64,000 nucleotides of DNA from a virus: IMG/VR virus record IMGVR_UViG_3300023265_000001. One strand, 5' to 3'. A program made the translations under genes and the position numbers. The notes under the pieces were generated by a model. It did not search any database. It was not told the origin of the DNA and was given only the letters and a program-made list of their open reading frames with translations. This document shows positions 50,263 through 58,206 of this stretch, piece after piece. How positions within the stretch are numbered: position 1 is the first letter of the stretch; each line of letters starts with the position of its first letter.

Positions 50263-50317
50263 CGGGCACGAAGAAGGGGCGAGACCGCGATGGTCTCGCC
50301 CCTTCTTCGTGCCCGTC
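50261..50317. terminator. long bidirectional terminator (twin of 40329-40371)
   Basis: GACGGGCACGAAGAAGGGGCGAGACC gcgat GGTCTCGCCCCTTCTTCGTGCCCGTC. Confidence 0.75.
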
Positions 50318-50320
50318 AGG

Positions 50321-51163
50321 TCACCAGCGGCTGCCGCTCCGGCCGTTGATGTCGCCCATGGTGGTCTTGGCCGTGATCCCGGGGTGCTCCGGGTGGCTGA
50401 TGTTGCCCATGGTGGTCTTCAGGAGCAGCTTCTGGCCGTCGAACTGCTTGATCTTGACGTTGCCAGCGGTGCTGACCATCCGACCGCTGCCGGTCAGACG
50501 CCCGACCTTGACGTTCCCGCTCGCCGAGGAGAGGTTGATGTAACCGCCGACGTCCTCCAGCTTCACGTTCCCCGAGCTGCAGTCCACGTTCGCCCCGTCG
50601 TGCACGTAGCCGACCCAGATGTCGCCGGCGGCCAGGTCAGCGTCCAGCTCCGCGACGCTGGCCAGTCGGGCGTTACCCGAGCTGAGCTTACCGGCGAAGG
50701 CCCCCAGGTTGCCCAGAGTCTCGACGTCGCCTGCACCGGAACGGATGTTGACGCTGGTGTTGGTGGGCACCCTCACGACGCCCTGCACGCCGCGGGTGAC
50801 GAAAGACCCGCCGCCCGAGCTGAAGTTGTTGTACTGCACGTTCCCGTGGCCGACCTGGACGTTGCGGTTCCCGTGCATGTGCACGCCGCCGAAGATCGTG
50901 CCGGCCACGACGCCGACGTTGCCGCTCACGACCGTGTGCGAGTCGGGGCCTTTCACGGTCAGCTCGTAGGTGTCGCCGTAGACCTCGCCGGTCGCTGCGC
51001 GGATCATCTGAGCGCCCAGGCCGTCCTCGTCGTCCTCGGTGAACAGGGTGACCTCGATGTCGTTGCGGTCCTCGGCGACCACCTGGAAGTCCGCCGTGTC
51101 CGTCCTGATCTTCAGCAGGCCGGGAAGGCTGGGGCTGCCCTGGAGTACGCGGGTGTAGGTCAT
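50321..51163 (-). CDS. DUF4097-like beta-helix ('putative adhesin') protein
   Basis: ATG 51163 after GGGAGAAG; repetitive GNV.V/SGNVK beta-solenoid pattern; upstream 31 codons of ORF 50321..51256 just read through the iterons. Confidence 0.55.
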   Translation of the reverse strand: MTYTRVLQGSPSLPGLLKIRTDTADFQVVAEDRNDIEVTLFTEDDEDGLGAQMIRAATGEVYGDTYELTVKGPDSHTVVSGNVGVVAGTIFGGVHMHGNRNVQVGHGNVQYNNFSSGGGSFVTRGVQGVVRVPTNTSVNIRSGAGDVETLGNLGAFAGKLSSGNARLASVAELDADLAAGDIWVGYVHDGANVDCSSGNVKLEDVGGYINLSSASGNVKVGRLTGSGRMVSTAGNVKIKQFDGQKLLLKTTMGNISHPEHPGITAKTTMGDINGRSGSRW

Positions 51164-51207
51164 GTCTTCTCCCTTCGTCGGCCGGTCGGCCGCTGCAACC
51201 TCGATGG

Positions 51208-51242
51208 CGTTTGCTATGGCAAATGCTATGGCAATTGCCATC
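51208..51242. promoter_or_regulatory. satellite ATRGCAAA iteron operator
   Basis: TTTGCTATGGCAAATGCTATGGCAATTGCCAT, 45 nt upstream of the DUF4097-like gene start. Confidence 0.7.
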
Positions 51243-51292
51243 GAGACCACAGTCAATGACCGGATGTCGTACTCAGTACCCTACCGTGACTG

Positions 51293-51832
51293 TCAAGCTT
51301 GACCTTCAGTTCCGGCCGGAGGGCGGCGGTTCCTGGCCCACTCCTTCCGGTCGCGGACCTCCGGATCCCACGACTCGATCAAGCCGTTCACCCAGATCTG
51401 GCCGCGGGCCGATCTCATGCCCTCCAGGATCTGCCCTACCTGAGCGACGAGGCCGGCGCCATCGTCGACAGGGTGACCGTTGTGCCACCAGCCGCAGCAC
51501 CGGCACCAGTACGCGACGTACTCCCGACGCTCCGCGACATCCCGGGCGCGCCTCTCCGTCAGCCGGCGCTTGCCCAGGCACATCCCGGCGGCGATGCCCC
51601 AGCACGGACCGCAGACGACAGCGCCGGGCCGAAGGATCTCCCGGCCGCAGCCGACCGGGCACCGAGCAACTCGCCGGTCCCTGGACGCCTTCTTGCGGCA
51701 GGTGGGCGAGCAGTAGGTGGCCGGTTCCTGGCCGGGCATCACGGTCACCTCGAAGAAGGCCCCGCAGCTGGACCGAGCGCAGATCTTCGTGAAGATCTGC
51801 GGGAAGGTCTCTGCGGGGTCCTCGGTGTTCAT
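51293..51832 (-). CDS. multi-Cys (zinc-ribbon-like) protein (179 aa)
   Basis: ATG 51832 (ATGA overlap); C.RSSCG...YCSPTCRKKA, CPVGCG, CGPCW, WCRCCGWWH. Confidence 0.55.
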   Translation of the reverse strand: MNTEDPAETFPQIFTKICARSSCGAFFEVTVMPGQEPATYCSPTCRKKASRDRRVARCPVGCGREILRPGAVVCGPCWGIAAGMCLGKRRLTERRARDVAERREYVAYWCRCCGWWHNGHPVDDGAGLVAQVGQILEGMRSARGQIWVNGLIESWDPEVRDRKEWARNRRPPAGTEGQA

Positions 51833-52377
51833 TTGTCGCAGGGGGTCCAGTGCAACCCCATGCCTCCAGAGTGGTTGCCCGGCGTGGCGCCGGAGCCCTT
51901 GCCCTTGAGCCGCATGACGAGGCCGACGCCGGTGGCCACCACGGCAAAGCCCACGAGGCCGGCGCCAGTCATCCCGGCGGTCACCTCGCGGATCTGGGAG
52001 ACCACCCACATCCCAGCTGCGAACAGCAGCCCCAGGGCGAACAGGATGACGCCAGCGACGACTACCGGGCGAAACCAGGCCTGCTTGCGCAGCGCGGTGC
52101 GGGACGGCGCTGCCGGCCGTGCGGCGATAGCCGCGGTCGCCTCCGGCCGGACCGGCGTTGCGCCTTCCACGTAGAGCCCGGCCGGCTTACGGAAGCGGAC
52201 CACGGCGAACGATCCGCCGGCGTCGTACCTCATGGCGCTGGCGCCCACGAACAGACCGCGGTCACGGAGCTGCTGCACAACGCCCGCGACGTACCGCTCG
52301 TCGCCATAGGCCTTGCGCTGCACCTCCTCGAACCGCTGTGCGCCCTGCTCCCGGGCGGCGTTGTTGGTGTTGCTCAT
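51829..52377 (-). CDS. membrane protein (182 aa)
   Basis: ATG 52377 after GAGAGG (GTG 52383 alternative); two TM segments. Confidence 0.55.
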   Translation of the reverse strand: MSNTNNAAREQGAQRFEEVQRKAYGDERYVAGVVQQLRDRGLFVGASAMRYDAGGSFAVVRFRKPAGLYVEGATPVRPEATAAIAARPAAPSRTALRKQAWFRPVVVAGVILFALGLLFAAGMWVVSQIREVTAGMTGAGLVGFAVVATGVGLVMRLKGKGSGATPGNHSGGMGLHWTPCDK

Positions 52378-52440
52378 ACCCACCTCTCTTCGTTGACGGA
52401 CACCGCAGCGCCCGGCCGTAGCCGGGCGTCACGGAGAGCG

Positions 52441-53022
52441 TCAGCGGCCCTCGTGGTACCAGTCGCCGAACCCAGCCCTGGTGATCTTGAGGTTGCCCAG
52501 GTCCAGCTGGAGCTGCATCCGCTCATCGTCCATGCAGTCGCCCCACGTGCCCGCCCAGCGCCGGTCACCGTTGCGGCCGGTGTGGATGTAGACCTCCTCG
52601 GCGCCAGCCGCGATCGATCCGCGACGGCAGAACTGCGCCATGCTCGGCTCGAAAACCAGCCGGAAAAAGTCACTGTCTGGAGCCCTCTTGAGCTGTCCGA
52701 TGGCCGAGGCATACCCGACCGCGTCGACCATGGCGACCGCCGTGGTCGAGCTGCGGCCGATCACGAGCAGGGCGCCCTCGGTGAACAGGCCGGCCTCGCG
52801 CAATGCGTCGGTGTGCGCGACCTGAAGGCCGGCGACACGCCACTCCTTCTCGTCCGCATGGCCGACCATTCGCGACCGCAACGCCGCCGAGGCGGAGGCC
52901 TTACTCGGCGCGACCACGTAGACGATGTAGTCGGCCCGTCCGCGCTCCGGCGCCAGGATGGCCTCCACCCGAGAATTGCTCGTGTGGATGAGCCCCATCT
53001 GGTAGATCTTCGGCTTCGCCAC
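52441..53022 (-). CDS. hypothetical protein (193 aa)
   Basis: GTG 53022; ORF track. Confidence 0.55.
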   Translation of the reverse strand: MAKPKIYQMGLIHTSNSRVEAILAPERGRADYIVYVVAPSKASASAALRSRMVGHADEKEWRVAGLQVAHTDALREAGLFTEGALLVIGRSSTTAVAMVDAVGYASAIGQLKRAPDSDFFRLVFEPSMAQFCRRGSIAAGAEEVYIHTGRNGDRRWAGTWGDCMDDERMQLQLDLGNLKITRAGFGDWYHEGR

Positions 53023-53024
53023 GG

Positions 53025-53243
53025 TCAGACCGCCGGCTCGTCGTCAGGGTCGTCGAACCGGGCGTACGAGACCACGCCATTTTCCAGCTCGACCTCGATG
53101 CAGCCGTTCACGAAGCCTCGGCGCTCGGCTTCCGTCATCGCGTCCCAGTCCTCGCGCTCCACGACGATGGGCACCTCGATCAGGCCGGGGACCGGCTCGA
53201 CGGTGACCGTGAAGCAGACCGGGTTGCTCTCGCTATCGCTCAT
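53025..53243 (-). CDS. hypothetical acidic protein (72 aa)
   Basis: ORF track. Confidence 0.6.
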   Translation of the reverse strand: MSDSESNPVCFTVTVEPVPGLIEVPIVVEREDWDAMTEAERRGFVNGCIEVELENGVVSYARFDDPDDEPAV

Positions 53244-53354
53244 GTCATCCTTCCTGTACGTTGCGTTGTTCAGCCAGAGTACAGCTTCAACTTGACATAT
53301 ACAAGTCGGTGGGCCAACTTGACTTGGGCTGATGAGTACGGCACTATATGCGAC

Positions 53355-53633
53355 ATGGATTTGAAGCAGGCAGATACCGACCGGAGGGTCGGCGCCGTTG
53401 AGGCCAAGGTCGGGGCCGTAATGGTCCTCGAAGAGGCCACCAACGCGTTCGCCGTAGCCCGAAACCAGGCGTACAACCGGCGCGACGCGGCAGTCCGCCG
53501 CGCAGCGCTGGTCCTGACCCAGAAGGAGATCGCGGAGATCACGGGGCTCAGCGCCGAGACCATCCGCAAGATCACCAAGGGTTACCCCGTCAGCTGGCCG
53601 CGCCGGGTGACCGTCCGAGGACTGGCGCGCTGA
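53355..53633 (+). CDS. HTH protein (92 aa)
   Basis: ATG 53355, no SD (possibly leaderless, TATATG just upstream); TQKEIAEITGLSAETIRKI. Confidence 0.5.
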   Translation: MDLKQADTDRRVGAVEAKVGAVMVLEEATNAFAVARNQAYNRRDAAVRRAALVLTQKEIAEITGLSAETIRKITKGYPVSWPRRVTVRGLAR

Positions 53634-53863
53634 TGGCCAGTGACTGGAAGAAGCTCATGGAAGCGCTGAAAGACGAGGACTACGAGGTGGAGCACCAGCG
53701 CGGTGGCCACTACGGGATCTTCAAGGACGGCAAGCGGGTCGGCACGCTGGTCTGCTCGGCCAGCGACCACCGCAGCTGGCAGAACACGCTAGGCCAGCTG
53801 CGCAGACAGCTGAACTTCGACTACCGGCCAAAGCAGACGCGCAGCAAGAAGGAGGAAGAGTGA
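53633..53863 (+). CDS. HicA/YcfA-like small protein (76 aa)
   Basis: ATG overlaps upstream TGA; WKKLMEALKDEDYEVEHQRGGHYGIF.DGKRVGTL resembles HicA toxin layout (weak). Confidence 0.4.
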   Translation: MASDWKKLMEALKDEDYEVEHQRGGHYGIFKDGKRVGTLVCSASDHRSWQNTLGQLRRQLNFDYRPKQTRSKKEEE

Positions 53864-55038
53864 CCCAGCTCGACGAGGTATTCGATCTCGATCTTTTCGA
53901 CCGGATGGTCAACGAGCGATTCGTGCGGGTGCAGTACCACCCGACGGAGCCGCTGGCGATTGCCAACTACACGGAGACCGCGGTCTTCGACAAGGCCTGG
54001 AACGGCGTCACCCTGCAGTGCCGCGGCCTGATCTACAACACCGCGACGTTGGAGGTGGTCGCGCGGCCCTTCCGGAAGTTCTTCAACCACTCGGAGGGCG
54101 CAGCGCCGGCCATCGGCCTGAACGCGCCCGTGACCGTCACCGACAAAAAGGACGGCTCGTTGGGTGTGCTGTACCGGATGCCGGTCAGCGGTAAGTGGGC
54201 GGTCGCGACCCGCGGCTCGTTCACCAGTGAGCAGGCCGCTCGCGCCACCGTGCTCTACCTGATGAACTACGAGGCCCGGTTCGAGCCGCGGCCGAGCCTC
54301 ACGTACCTCTTCGAGATCATCTACCCCCAGAACCGCATCGTCGTGGACTACGGCCGCATGGCGGATCTGATCCTGCTCGGCGCCGTTGACATCCGGACCG
54401 GCAAGTCGATCAGCCCCGGCGTCATCCAGGACGAGCAGATGCTCGGGCGGCGCTGGCCCGGCCCGGTCACCGAGACCTTCAGCTACCGCACGTACGGCGA
54501 GGCCCTGGCAGCCGCGCCCCGGCCGGGCATGGAGGGCCTGGTCGTGCACGACCTGCTCACCGACGAGCGAGTGAAGATCAAGCAGGAGGACTACGTCACC
54601 CTGCACCGGCTGGTCACCGGCCTGACCTCGCGGCGCGTGCACGAGGCGATGCTGGCCGGCATTGACCTCGACGAGTTCATCGCGCCGCTGCCGGACGAGT
54701 TCCACGACTGGGTGCGCGGCGTCGCCGCCGACATCGACTTCGTGGTGCGGGAAGCCAACCGCGCCATCAACCGGCAGTGGCACCGCGTGGTCGCCACCTG
54801 CGAGGAGCAGTCTGCGGAGGGCGAGTGGCCGGCCAGCGTGAGCATGGGCATGGACACCGGCAGCGCGCTGACGCGCGAGCAGCGCAAGCTGTTCGCCTCG
54901 ATCGCGCAGTCGGAGACCTACGCCTGGGCGCTGTTCGCACGCCTCGACGGGCGGGACTACCAGGAGAAGCTGCTCAAGCAGGCGGAGCCGGAGATCGAGA
55001 CGCCGCAGGGCCGGACCTTCACGGAGGCGACCGCGTGA
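53860..55038 (+). CDS. T4 Rnl1-family RNA ligase
   Basis: GTG 53860 after AAGGAGGA; LQCRGLIYN, RPFRKFFN, motif I TDKKDGSL, TRGSFTSEQA, YLFEIIYPQNRIV, MEGLVVH, KIKQEDYVTLH match T4 RnlA landmarks. Confidence 0.8.
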   Translation: MTQLDEVFDLDLFDRMVNERFVRVQYHPTEPLAIANYTETAVFDKAWNGVTLQCRGLIYNTATLEVVARPFRKFFNHSEGAAPAIGLNAPVTVTDKKDGSLGVLYRMPVSGKWAVATRGSFTSEQAARATVLYLMNYEARFEPRPSLTYLFEIIYPQNRIVVDYGRMADLILLGAVDIRTGKSISPGVIQDEQMLGRRWPGPVTETFSYRTYGEALAAAPRPGMEGLVVHDLLTDERVKIKQEDYVTLHRLVTGLTSRRVHEAMLAGIDLDEFIAPLPDEFHDWVRGVAADIDFVVREANRAINRQWHRVVATCEEQSAEGEWPASVSMGMDTGSALTREQRKLFASIAQSETYAWALFARLDGRDYQEKLLKQAEPEIETPQGRTFTEATA

Positions 55039-55391
55039 ACGCCGCTGACCTGGCCCTGGCCACCTGGGCCGACGATCACTACTACCTGCTCCAGCGGGCC
55101 ATCCAGCTGCAGTACCGGACCATGCGGGATTTCGCTGAGACCGCGACCGGGGCGCTCAGTGGTGACTACCTCCGGCTGGCCGACAGGTGGCAGTGGATGG
55201 ATCGCTACCTGTTCAACATCGTCGGCGAGAACCAGGACACCGCCGACTGGGTCGCCGAACACAGAGAGAACTTGGCGCAGGCCCTGGAGCAGCTGGCTCT
55301 GTCTTACTCGCAGTGGGGTCATAGCCGTCGAGTCATCCGCGCCGACCGGGAGGAGTTCCTGCGCCTGGCCAGAGAGGTCGCGGGAGAGTGA
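55035..55391 (+). CDS. hypothetical protein (118 aa)
   Basis: GTG 55035 overlaps upstream stop (GTGA). Confidence 0.5.
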   Translation: MNAADLALATWADDHYYLLQRAIQLQYRTMRDFAETATGALSGDYLRLADRWQWMDRYLFNIVGENQDTADWVAEHRENLAQALEQLALSYSQWGHSRRVIRADREEFLRLAREVAGE

Positions 55392-55777
55392 GGCGCGAGT
55401 ACGACGGCGGCCCCGGTCCGAACCCGTACTGGAAGCCGCGCAACAGCGCGAACGGCAACCGGGCGCATGACGCGTTCAACGAGTGGCAGCTGACCATCGG
55501 CTACGCCGCCGGCCGGGAGATTCCCTGGCCGGCGGGCCACCGGCTGGAGGGCTCTACCGGGATCACGCCGGACGGCTTCACTCCTGACGGCGCCCCGGTG
55601 GAGCTGAAGTCCGGGCACGCCCTCCACAGCAAGGCCTCGCGCCGGCAGCTGCACAAGGCCATCTCGGTCCTGGATGCACAGTACGGGGAGATGTGGCTGT
55701 GGGTAGCCGACAGCGGCAACTTCCGCTTCACGCTGGCGTATCGAATGGACCGCGAAGGCAACGTCACAGCGGCTTGA
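55388..55777 (+). CDS. small PD-(D/E)xK-like (restriction-endonuclease-fold) protein, paralogue A
   Basis: GTG 55388; GITPDGFTPDGAPVELKSG fits PD..(n)..ExK; paralogous to 55841..56260. Confidence 0.5.
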   Translation: MRREYDGGPGPNPYWKPRNSANGNRAHDAFNEWQLTIGYAAGREIPWPAGHRLEGSTGITPDGFTPDGAPVELKSGHALHSKASRRQLHKAISVLDAQYGEMWLWVADSGNFRFTLAYRMDREGNVTAA

Positions 55778-55840
55778 CACGACCGAAGAACGCGCGCACG
55801 AGCAGTTCAACATCTGGCAGCAGACCAAGGGGGAAATGAT

Positions 55841-56260
55841 ATGACCGACGAGCAACAGGACTTCCACGAGAATCGCATCGGCGCCACCGAAGTACGAGAT
55901 CGATTTCGGGATTGGCTTCTCACTATCGGCTACCAGCCCTGCTCGTTGCAGCGACACCTGGACCCGGGGGAGGTGGGCGCCAGGCCGGGCTTCCTGGCTG
56001 GGGGTGGGTACTGGGTCATGCCGACTGCCCTGAACTATCACGGTGAGCCCGTGTTGCTGAAGAGCGAGCACTCTTTCAACTCGAAGGCTGGCCGAAAAAA
56101 GTTGCGAGGTTTCATCAACCGCGGCAACAAGAATTACGGCGAGATGTGGGTCTGGTCGGAGGACGGAGACAGTCTTCGTTTCCGGCAGGCATATCTGATG
56201 GGCAAGGACGGCAGCATCTTCTCTCCTAGCCATCACGCTGATTGGTTCGAGATCAGCTGA
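55841..56260 (+). CDS. paralogue B of 55388..55777 with degenerate catalytic motif
   Basis: Shared W.LTIGY, PV.LKS.H...SKA.R..L, YGEMW.W, RF..AY.M...G; PD and E positions replaced (MPTA..LLKSE); visibly lower GC3. Confidence 0.55.
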   Translation: MTDEQQDFHENRIGATEVRDRFRDWLLTIGYQPCSLQRHLDPGEVGARPGFLAGGGYWVMPTALNYHGEPVLLKSEHSFNSKAGRKKLRGFINRGNKNYGEMWVWSEDGDSLRFRQAYLMGKDGSIFSPSHHADWFEIS

Positions 56261-56272
56261 TCCACCAGAAAA

Positions 56273-57337
56273 ATGTCGTACCCAACCGGTACGCTGACCG
56301 GTAAAGCCAACGGAGGAGGAAAGTTGTCCGGAATCAACTACGTCAACCACGTCGTCTTCGTCGTGGACGAGTCGTCCTCGATGCACAACCACAAGCACGA
56401 GGTTGTACGGGTCGTCGACCGGGAGGTCGCCCATCTCGCTCGTAGGTCCCAGGAGCTGGACCAGGAGACCCGAGTCTCGGTCTACACGTTCAACAGCACC
56501 GTGCCGGATCCGATCTTCTACGACAAGGACGTCCTGCGCCTCCCGTCGATCGCCAACCACTACCGCCCCGGCGGCAGGACGGCGCTGATCGACGCCACCA
56601 TCAAGAGCCTGGACGACCTCGGGAAGACTGCTCAGCTCTACGGCGACCACGCCTTCCTCGTCTACGTCGTCACGGACGGCGAGGAGAACCAGTCGCGCCT
56701 CAGCTCCCCCGATCTGCAGGACGCGCTGAAGCGCCTCCCGGAGGAGTGGACGGTCGCCGTCCTGGTGCCGAACATGCGCGGGAAGCACTGGGCGCAGCAG
56801 GACGGATTCGCGCCCAACAACATCGCCATCTGGGACCCCAACGCCAGCGACGGCGTCGAGGACGCCGGCCGGACGATCCGGACCTCTACCGACGACTGGA
56901 TGGCGGACCGCGCCCGCGGCAAGCGCGGCACCAAGGCCCTGTTCTCCACCGGGGTCGATGCCGTGAACGCGGCGACGGTCCGGTCCAGCCTGACGCCGCT
57001 GGGGCCGAACAACTACGACGTCCTGAAGGTCCACGAGGACTCCTACATCAGGCCCTTCATCGAATCCAAGCCCAAGATGCAGTTCGACTCCTACAGGCGG
57101 TTCTACCAGCTGACCAAGACCGAGACGATCCAGTCGAGTAAGCGGATCGCCGTCCGGGAGAGGCAGACCGGCGCGTTCTACACCGGGCCGGCCGCGCGCG
57201 ACCTGCTGGGCCTGCCCGGCATGGATGTCCGGGTCAAGCCGGACTACAACCCGGAGTACGACGTCTTCGTGGAGTCCACCTCCGTGAATCGGCGCCTGAT
57301 CGCGGGCACCGAACTGCTGCTGCTGCCGCTGAGCTGA
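56273..57337 (+). CDS. vWA domain protein with ~150-aa C-terminal extension
   Basis: MIDAS VDESSSM, GGRTALIDA, VVTDGEENQS; ATG 56273 lacks SD, TTG 56324 preceded by GGAGGAGGA is an alternative start; stop in SIR-36. Confidence 0.75.
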   Translation: MSYPTGTLTGKANGGGKLSGINYVNHVVFVVDESSSMHNHKHEVVRVVDREVAHLARRSQELDQETRVSVYTFNSTVPDPIFYDKDVLRLPSIANHYRPGGRTALIDATIKSLDDLGKTAQLYGDHAFLVYVVTDGEENQSRLSSPDLQDALKRLPEEWTVAVLVPNMRGKHWAQQDGFAPNNIAIWDPNASDGVEDAGRTIRTSTDDWMADRARGKRGTKALFSTGVDAVNAATVRSSLTPLGPNNYDVLKVHEDSYIRPFIESKPKMQFDSYRRFYQLTKTETIQSSKRIAVRERQTGAFYTGPAARDLLGLPGMDVRVKPDYNPEYDVFVESTSVNRRLIAGTELLLLPLS

Positions 57338-57395
57338 TCGTCTGGGTGAGGGTGCGCGCCGCCACCGCGGCGCGACGCCTCCGGCAGACGGCCGG
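57334..57395 (+). repeat. SIR-36, family B, isolated copy
   Basis: CTGATC + outer stem GTCTG/CAGAC + GTGAGGGTG + GCGCGCCGC cacc GCGGCGCG + CGCCTCCGG ... GGCCGG. Confidence 0.8.
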
Positions 57396-57411
57396 CACAG
57401 AAAGGGGAAGC

Positions 57412-57888
57412 ATGGGCACCTATCACTACGGCCACCTTGCGTACGGCATCGACATGGGCGGCAGCGAGAAGGCCGAGATCGTCGAGGTCGACGAGTACGG
57501 CACGATCGACCTGCCGTGGCTCGTCCGTGACGACGAGGGGTACCCCGACCACGACCTGTCGGAGGCAGTCACCAGGCGGCTGTACGAGCTGATCCCCGGC
57601 ACGCCGCCGGTGAGTGAGGCCTGGGGAGTGAGCGACCGCGTCAAGTCGCACTACGGGGTCGAGATGCTGGAGCACGGCTGGCCGACCGAGGGGCAGACGC
57701 CCTGCTGGGTCCTGTCGACCTTCCACTTCTCGGTCGACGGCGGCGACACGCTGGCTATCGACCCGCAGGAGATGATCGACCGCGTGACCGAGAGCGGCTG
57801 GAACGAGATGCTCGCCGCCGCCCTGGCCAAGCTGGAGATCACCCCGAACAACCCGACCCCGCGCTGGTACCTGCTGGCCGACCGGTGA
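57412..57888 (+). CDS. hypothetical acidic protein (158 aa)
   Basis: ATG 57412 after AAAGGGGAAGC. Confidence 0.6.
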   Translation: MGTYHYGHLAYGIDMGGSEKAEIVEVDEYGTIDLPWLVRDDEGYPDHDLSEAVTRRLYELIPGTPPVSEAWGVSDRVKSHYGVEMLEHGWPTEGQTPCWVLSTFHFSVDGGDTLAIDPQEMIDRVTESGWNEMLAAALAKLEITPNNPTPRWYLLADR

Positions 57889-58163
57889 CCGACGAGGGCA
57901 TGCTGACCCAACGCGAGGTCGAACACGAGGCTCACGAGCGGCACCACGCGTACGGAGAGATTCCGACCTGCCTGTGGTGCCTGGAGGAGATGGGGCCGGG
58001 CGCCGCCCGAACGATCATGAACGCTCCTCCGGCCGAGCTGCAACTCGCTGAGATGCGCAAGCGCATGGCGGCCATGGCTGTGGAGTACCGGCGCGAGTCG
58101 CGCTGGATCCGCTCCGACGCGGTCGCCGAACTGCTGGAGGACTGGCTCTCGATCCAGCCCTGA
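57885..58163 (+). CDS. hypothetical protein (92 aa)
   Basis: GTG 57885 overlapping upstream stop (ATG 57900 alternative). Confidence 0.5.
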   Translation: MTDEGMLTQREVEHEAHERHHAYGEIPTCLWCLEEMGPGAARTIMNAPPAELQLAEMRKRMAAMAVEYRRESRWIRSDAVAELLEDWLSIQP

Positions 58164-58206
58164 GCACGGCGATGACAACCACACGACAGCACGACGAGAG
58201 GACCGA

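Noticed and set aside
55319-57034. 571-aa minus-strand ORF
   Set aside because: It is antisense to the nuclease-like paralogues and the vWA gene. It is low-complexity and R/G/V/D-rich, and is a shadow ORF.
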